Shown piece after piece: positions 13,222-64,000 of a stretch of DNA of 64,000 nt. This DNA comes from the human T2T-CHM13v2.0 reference genome, Homo sapiens, in NCBI RefSeq assembly GCF_009914755.1, contig NC_060927.1; one strand, given 5' to 3'. Every line of letters begins with the position of its first letter. Position 1 is the first letter of the stretch. The notes under the pieces were generated by a model. It was not told the origin of the DNA and searched no databases. It saw only the letters and a program-made list of their open reading frames with translations. The position numbers were made by a program, and so were the translations under genes.

Positions 13222-13879
13222 TGACAGTGACAGGAGGCAGTCAAATGCCTAGGCAGATAGGGGCGGGTCCCCAGTGAAACCCCACCTTCAAGCCAAAGAC
13301 CGTTTAAAGCCTAGATACAAGTCCTGGGTAAATCCACAGACCGGATTGAGAAGCTGTCTTCCTGTTTGGCATGCTTTCCTCTGACTGATCCCCACCCTTC
13401 ACCTATTTTACGTATACTTACCCTTTCCTAATTGGTTTTCTGCATTGTTGTGCCCACCTTTGAATGGTGTCTTTACTTTAACCTTTTTTGCATAGTCGCA
13501 AACCAATCAGCATGCACTCCCCATTCTGAGTCCATAAAAAGCCCCAGAACCAGCCACATTGAGAGAGAAACCACCCAACTGTGGGGTTGGGGAACCACCC
13601 CTACATCCCATCTCTGCTGAGAGCTGTTCTGTTGCTCCATAAAATTCTTCTCTGCTATCCTCACCCTTCAAATCGTCAGTCTATTCTCATTCTTCTTGGA
13701 CATGGGACAAGAGCTCGGGAACCACCCAACATTGGGTACAAGCTATAACACAGGTGGGCCAAGTAGGCAGGGTGCCTCCAGTGGCAAGCCTGGTGTTCCG
13801 TGAGGCCTGAGTGGTTGGGGGGCATCACTGGCCATGGAGGTCGCCAGTTGGCAAAGTGGCTGAGAAGAATCTTGTGTCA
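13222..13879 (+). mobile_element. ERV1 solo LTR (MER61/LTR28-like)
   Basis: TG...CA termini. ccaatcag and cataaaa promoter boxes at about 13503-13539. Near-TSD gcag/gcac. Confidence 0.8.
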
Positions 13880-15638
13880 GCACCAATATAAGTCTTGTTG
13901 AGTATTTGCCAATTATCTAACACTGAGCAAAACTAATACCTGTTCTCTAGGAGTGTAGAATCACATAGATGCTTCCAAATACCTACATCACATTAGGAGT
14001 AGTATGTCCTGGACAAACCTGGCTTGAAGGCTTCTCTCTTAAGGGCCTTTCCTTTGGAGCACCAGGATACCTGCCACTATGTGAGGATAGAGTTACAGAA
14101 ATAGGAAGTCAAGCAATTTTCCCCTTAGGGAAAACCCTGGGAAACTGAGGGGAAATACCAAAATCAGTTGCTGCTATGTTCAGGACAAACATGATCAATT
14201 TTGAAGGCACATCGTCACTAACTTTCAAAAAAGGTAATTACAGAAACTTGAATAAAACTGAAAGGTGTAACCAACTACTCATCTCTCAGGTTTTTTTTTA
14301 AGAAAGGGAAGAACTGAGTCACACCTTGACCCATGTCTTGCTTTCTGATGCCTTTTTTCTGCCCTACATGATAAAGAAATAGACAAAGCATGAAGTCACT
14401 TTATAGGAACATTTTTCAAGATTAAACAAACGCCTTTATATGCCTCATACTCCAAACTCTACAAGCAGAAAATAAGTTGATTATTGTTCCCATCTATCCC
14501 CACAAGCTCCTCAGTTTTTACCCCTCTCTGAGCCACAGCACCTAAATTTTTCCTACTATCCTACCACCAGTCCCCAAACCATTCTACCTCTTCATCCTGC
14601 CTTCTTCATTGAGTCTATGGTTAGGAAACTCGGAAAGGTTACTACATGTGGACATACATGTATGGAATGTAGCAGTCCATACATTCTATGAATTACCAGA
14701 GGAGAATAAGGTAGATATAAATGTATCAATTTTATCTCGTGAAATATTTAGTGCTATTTTTAAATCTCTGTAAACCATCTCTTTAAAAGTGATTTTTAAA
14801 CCATTCAGGGTCCACCTAATTTGTTCCTGGTATACAAGGTAACCATTTGCTTGCTGGTGATAAAACAGATACCTCCCATTATTTCAAGCTAACTGAATTG
14901 CTCATTATTGTAAACCAACTCTACATCAAGTACTCTTTGGTTTTGCAAATAGCAAATGAATAAGGCATGGCCCTAACATCAAAAAAAACTCAGTTTAGTG
15001 GGAAGTTAATGACATGAATAAAAAATTATAATACAGCTTTAGTGAATAACAGAATGGAAGCATATACGTGTACAGAAAAAGGCATGAACGAATAATTTTT
15101 TGAGGCTCATTGAAAGGCCCACCTGATGAAAATATGCACACTCTTCCCCAAACCTACCATGGTGTGTGCAATATTGACAATGAGAATTATTAATCTGAGA
15201 TAATGAGCTGTTTCCCAAAAGTCCACACACAATGTTGGTGTTACTTGGAAAAGACTGATTTCTGAACACCTATTATCATATTAGCATCAATTCATTTGTT
15301 CTTACAGACAGGGGGTGCGGGGGGGGGACAAGATATGTGAGTTTTGGTGAGAAGATAATTTCAAGATTAGCTCATGAAGCACAGCCCATAAGGACTAGTT
15401 CATATGGGACATAAATTCAGAGGAACTAGAAAGTGGACCAGCATTGTGAGAGCATGAGCTAAAAGTGACTAGGGCTTGTCCGGACCAGACTTCTTAAAAG
15501 CAGGGTTATTACTCACTGTTTCTCCTAAAACCAGGTCACTTATTAATCAATCAACAGATATTTATTAGGCATATTTCCCCTACTTTTTGTTTTTATAATA
15601 TGGTCTTTGGAGTCAAATCAAGACCACCCTCCTATTTT

Positions 15639-15856
15639 TTTTCTTTTTTTATATAATACTTTAAGTTCTAGGGTACATGTGCACAACGTGAAGGTTTGTT
15701 ACATATGTATACATCTGCCATGTTGGTGTGGTGCACCCATTAACTCGTCATTTGCATCAGATATATCTCCTAATGCTATCCCTCCCCCCTCCCCCCACCC
15801 CACGACAGGTCCGGGTGTGTGATGTTCCCCATCCTGTGTCCAAATGTTCTCATTGT
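15639..15856 (-). mobile_element. 5'-truncated L1PA 3' end with 19-bp TSD
   Basis: taagttctagggtacatgtgcacaacgtg... TSD aagaccaccctcctatttt at 15620-15638 and 15857-15875. Confidence 0.95.
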
Positions 15857-16496
15857 AAGACCACCCTCCTATTTTCTAAGACTGATTTACGATTTCTTCA
15901 TGTCCTGTTGCCAGCAAGACATCATGCAAAGGTAGGAAGGAATAAAACTGAAAACTGAGGTTTCTGATGGCCAACGCACTGAGGAATCACCTGCTTGGAT
16001 AACTGGTAGCTGATTTTCCTCCTGCCCCTCCCATGCAAGATTGCTTTAGATCGTTGCTACCATGTTTATTTCTTCTCTTTTCTCTTTAGACAGGTCACCC
16101 ATTTTGCCTCTCCTTACAGACAGCTGGTGCTAGCTATACCATCAAATCTTTCTTTAATCAGCTTCATCAGTTTTCCTTCCATTCCTACCTTAAGCAGATG
16201 AGGGGGAAAAAAAAGAGAGTTTCTAACAGTTTAAAAGAGTAAAGTTTAAGAACGGCCAAATAATGACCCATCATCATTAAATACAACAAAATTTGAGGCA
16301 AGACTGAGGCTCCAAATTCATCTCCAGTTCTCCTAATCTTCACTTCGCAAAGATAAATCAAAGAAAGATTTTCATTTTCACACAATGCTTACATAGCATG
16401 TGTCTTTAAATGGTCATTACAATTCAACTGTTGCTAAGATCTACAATTTTCCTCTAATTGACAAAAACAAATGTAGACAGGTTCTTGAAAGTGATG

Positions 16497-16640
16497 TTTA
16501 TTACTAATGAAAATAGTACAGTTGTATACATAGGAAAACATCCTTATTTATTCATAAAGACTTTAAAATGTTTATTTCTAATTATCCAATAATAAGACTA
16601 GAACATTTCAATAAAATAGTACAGTTAACATGAATTTATT
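16497..16640 (-). terminator. Candidate distal poly(A) signal cluster (4 AATAAA)
   Basis: tttatt at 16497, 16547, 16571 and 16635. Confidence 0.55.
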
Positions 16641-17753
16641 TGATTCAAACCCTGGATAAAATGTCATTATAAACAAGGTGAAAAAGAAAAGTCCTTCATT
16701 ATCCATACTCGATATTAAACATATATTACTGTATGTACACTATTGCTTAAGTATCATCACATAGTCCTGATATATGAAAAATTCTACCTGTATTCTCTGA
16801 TACCACAATTATTTTTTCTATATATAATCTTAATCTTTAAAGAAGTAATTAAACATGAGAATAAAAACACCAGGATGAGGAATCATTTAACCTAGGCTGT
16901 AGCTATAACTGTGTGGGCTGAGAGCAGTGTTTTTAACCAGTCTTACTATCCTGAGGGGAGTGGTTTAACCTGTCTCTTATTAACTCATAGCAGTAATGTA
17001 AGGTTTTACAAAATGCATGACTCAAGGAAATTTCCAGGCAATTCTTTACATCATGGTACCCTCCCATATTTCCACCTTCCGCCAGGATATCCTTTGTGGA
17101 ATACAATGCAATGGATTTGAGAATTGTGACCGTCACATCATTTTTCTGCATTTATTACACAATTGGGAGAATAAGCTAGGATCTTGACTCACTGCAGCTG
17201 GATTGTAAATGAGGAAGGCTGGCCCCACCCATTCCTACTGGGAATTGTTAGAAATGTTTTAGAAAAAAATAAAACAAAACAACCCGTTTGGGGTTTGTGT
17301 TTTTGTTTTTTTGCTAAAACATCTCAATTTAATAGTTATTCTACTTCATTAGCTCTTTCATTATGGAATAAATATGTTGTCTTCTCTTCCGTTGCAAAAT
17401 GAAAATTCAATTCAGAGACAGAAAGATGTCAAAGTACCCATTGCTGAAAACAGAAATAACATAAAGCTACCAAAAAAATCATGAAATGGAAGTCAAACTT
17501 ATAAAACAAGCATACAAATGAATAATTAGTTCAGGTATCATACTTCAGCCAACCTACTTTTAGAGCCTACAAAGAATATTTGTGCAGTTTCCAGCTTTTT
17601 GTTAGAGGTAATATTAAGTCAGAGTTGTTCAAACACATTACAATTTAGTGTGGCAAAAAAGAGAGAAAAGAATAAAAAAGAGAAAGTGGGGAGGAGCCAA
17701 CCCATGGTGACAGATAATGCAGAAGAAGAAAACAGAAGGTGAGAATAAAATCA

Positions 17754-18137
<384 letters not shown>

Positions 18138-19302
18138 TTAAACCATTGCAATGGTGAAAATGGAGCCCTATTTATCAAATAAATTCCCCTTTATCCATAA
18201 CCCATAAAAAAGGATAGTGTATATAATTCAATTATAAAGGCTACATCTGTAAAACACCACAGTATCTTACAACCTTTTATAATAACATTTTTAAAATGGT
18301 TATTTACCATGCATTTTATTGCTAACTGCATTTTAGTATTTTCACATAAGGTGATAGTCTTGTTGAATATTATATTGCTAGGTTAAGAAGAACGTTCTAA
18401 TACTCAGAAAATTTCATTCCTCAATTGTGCAGTGTAAATGACAGTTCAGCCTAAGACTTTTAAATGATGACATGCCATTAAATCACCTTCGAGGAAGGTC
18501 TTTTAGAAAGAAGCTCTTTAGGGGTAGTTTTTTCCATCAAACTAATAGCTCCTTTAGTGCTTTGCTTTGTACATGAGTGGATGGATCTTTGCTGGGCAAA
18601 CTGTGTTCTTCAACCTTTCAACAGTGGTTCAGCTATAGCAAAGGCAGGACAAAAGTTGTATTCCTCAACTGAGGCCTCCTGTTCTTTCCCTGATAGTTGA
18701 GGGGCTCCTTTACTCTTCCATTTCATTGGTGTGGAGCAGACATTCATGAAGAGCTAAGTGTTTTGCTCTTGCATGAAAAGGTCACGCAAAAGGAAATCAG
18801 AGATGGTGACGTGTGTCAGAATTCCCAAATTCCCACTTCACTGCTTAGTTTGTGGAAAACAACAACCCTCCTCTGGCTCAGTTCGTGCTTCTCCTAAGTG
18901 TTCTGCATGGTGACCTGCCCTAGAGGGATTTGTGTCCATCTGGAATTCTTCCAGCAAGCACACATTCAAAGAGTTGCATTCTAAGGTTAATTTGTGATAA
19001 AATACACTTTCATCTAACACGTAGTATAGGAAAACAGTTTACAGTCTTAAACAGAAAACTTTGAAAGTTTTATAAATAAAACTAAGCACTTAGTAGTGAC
19101 AAATATCATTAACACTTAAAATGTCTTAAAGGTAATTATCAATTACTTTTCAAATGGGCCCAGTGGAAAGTGTCTAATTATCCAATATTAAGACTAGAAC
19201 ATGTCAATAAAATAGTGGAAAGTGTACCTATACTGAACTGTTAGAGGATCCATTATGTGAGTAGGGAATGAAAGGAAATGCTAGGATAAGGGAGCCACCT
19301 TG

Positions 19303-19365
19303 GCGCGGGCGCACATGCGCATTAGCGCGCACACGCACACACACATACACACATACACACACACA
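19303..19365. repeat. (GC)n-(CA)n alternating purine-pyrimidine tract
   Basis: gcgcgggcgcacatgcgcattagcgcgcacacgcacacacacatacacac... Confidence 0.9.
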
Positions 19366-20145
19366 ACCTGTTATCCATACATACTTTGCAAAATACCTGG
19401 CCATCTTCAAGGCTTTCACTAGCTTTACTGTGGCATGCACTGAGCCCAGATATTTAGTTTCCGGTGTCCTCATAATGAGCAGAATTGGCAGTCATCAAGT
19501 TGAGAAAAAAAAAAGTGAACCAAGTATTTTATCTTATGGTCAGTTTATACTGGTTATTTATATCTGGTCAGAAATAAATCAAAATGTTCAGAATTGGTTT
19601 TGGCAAGCATGAAGACATCTAGCATAAAGTATCTGCATTAATAATAACCTATTGCATATGCAATTTAATATCATGATGATGATGATTTGGCCTCCTCCTC
19701 TCCCCCTCCAAAGCAACCCATTCAAAAAAAACACTAGGGGGAAAGAGGAAAATTTCCATTTTCTGTCAAAATTTATATAAGGTATGGACTTCCTATCTGT
19801 TCAGTTTTTAAAATATTTTAATTGTAATAAAAGCTTTGCCCTGTTTTGTATAAGCAGGAGTTAATTTAGACAGGAGGTATTACACAAAGGAGAAGCAATG
19901 AAAATGAGCTCATCTATATTATGTGAGGTAGTTAAGTGCTGTTTTCCAAATTAATACACCAGGAACTAGAGGAGAGACAGGATTTGCCCAAGACATCTTT
20001 AGATTTCAGAAGCAATCAGGGAACCTCAGTCCAGCAATCAAGAAACAAAATATATTCTCAGCACTGGGGTCTTGACCCGACACTCACTCCCTCCCTGCCC
20101 ATGTGATTAAATTTGTCTTTAGATTAATGGGAATCTTCTAAACTT

Positions 20146-20162
20146 TATATATATATATATAT
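20146..20162. repeat. (TA)n microsatellite
   Basis: tatatatatatatatat. Confidence 0.85.
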
Positions 20163-20623
20163 GCATTCATCCTGAAAACTAAGAAAAAAAGGATATTAAC
20201 ATAGTTAACATAACAATAACATGGTCTTGATTAATATGCTCAGGAAATGCAAGACACTGATAGAAGCATAAAAATACAACCCTAATTCTATCCTGCAGCA
20301 AAAAAGTTTGCTTTTTCTTTAGCAGTTTGATCAAAAAAAAGAAAGAATTTTATTTAGATGAATGCCTGATTATAAACTATCCATTAAGACTATTTCAAAG
20401 GTTTCCCCTTCTACCCAACAATAACAAATATGCTCCAAAATATTCCCTTACTAAGCCAGACTTCTCCATGTAAGAGTCTCACCTTATTTTCCTATTGAAA
20501 AACCCGAGGCACAGTTCTTAGGAGACACCCCCAGTGATTCAGAAGCAGACAGCAACTGCAGCCCTAAATCCTAGGTCCAGCTTTTTCTTATAGAATACTT
20601 TCCAGAGTTTACGTAGTTTTCAA

Positions 20624-20629
20624 TTTATT
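20624..20629 (-). terminator. Candidate proximal poly(A) signal AATAAA
   Basis: tttatt on the + strand, about 220 nt downstream of the stop codon. Confidence 0.55.
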
Positions 20630-20850
20630 TAAACACAGCATTCAGTCTTTATAGAAATAAAAATGGTAACATCTCTTACTACATTCTGAAAACTTAAGCT
20701 GAAAAAAAAACAGTGTGCCCTATATTTAATTTTTTCATAGAAAACTCTTCTTCCAACAGTGTTTAAAATCCAGGTTAATTATATGACATAAGTAACAAGT
20801 AATCTCCATCTTCTCCAGGCTTCTAATCAGTTTCAGAACAGGAGTTTTGG

Positions 20851-63472
<42,622 letters not shown>

Positions 63473-63702
63473 CTGTTAAAAGTACAAATAAAAATGATAA
63501 CTATGTAAAAATATGGAAAAATATATAGAAAATAATGCTTTTAAGAGTAGAATAAAAAGTGAACTGTTCACAACTATTAGAAGCTTATACACTTAGCTAG
63601 GCATACCCAGGTCAGAAAATGAAAGAAAAAATTTTACCTAAACACTGCCACATTTTTCTTTTTCATTTTGTCTTTCAAGGTTTCAATGTGCTTTAATATT
63701 AA

Positions 63703-64000
<298 letters not shown>

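Noticed and set aside
14658-14684. Small inverted repeat atgtatgga...tccatacat
   Set aside because: A 9-bp stem is expected by chance in 64 kb; too short for a pre-miRNA.

Overview
Human (primate) genomic DNA, repeat-rich and CpG-poor. The minus strand carries the 3' two-thirds of IMPG2 (interphotoreceptor matrix proteoglycan 2 / SPACRCAN). I read 12 coding exons (conventionally exons 8-19) between 63472 and 20851, all with GT-AG boundaries. They splice into one open frame of 2898 nt (965 aa plus TAA) encoding part of SEA-1, the mucin-like Ser/Thr region, SEA-2 with GSIVV, two EGF-like domains, a transmembrane helix and a cytoplasmic tail ending QQVEEV. A long 3' UTR probably extends to about 16.5 kb. 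The left ~16 kb is intergenic. The rest is interspersed repeats: Alus, two internally deleted L1s plus L1 3' fragments, a complete MST-type MaLR provirus, several solo LTRs, Tigger and MER58 DNA elements, and MIR/L2 remnants. I found no evidence of a wholly new gene system. The most notable unexplained structures are: (1) a 44-bp templated insertion flanked by a 12-bp duplication in the 3' UTR; (2) a 21-nt frame-preserving microexon at the SEA-1 loop equivalent to the SEA-2 cleavage site; (3) a last-intron donor whose retention removes only the terminal EEV; (4) an internally deleted L1 whose antisense promoter points toward the membrane-anchor exons; (5) a poly(A)-only retro-insertion that has decayed into a microsatellite. 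Repeat subfamily names and exon numbers come from recall of consensus sequences, not from a database search.
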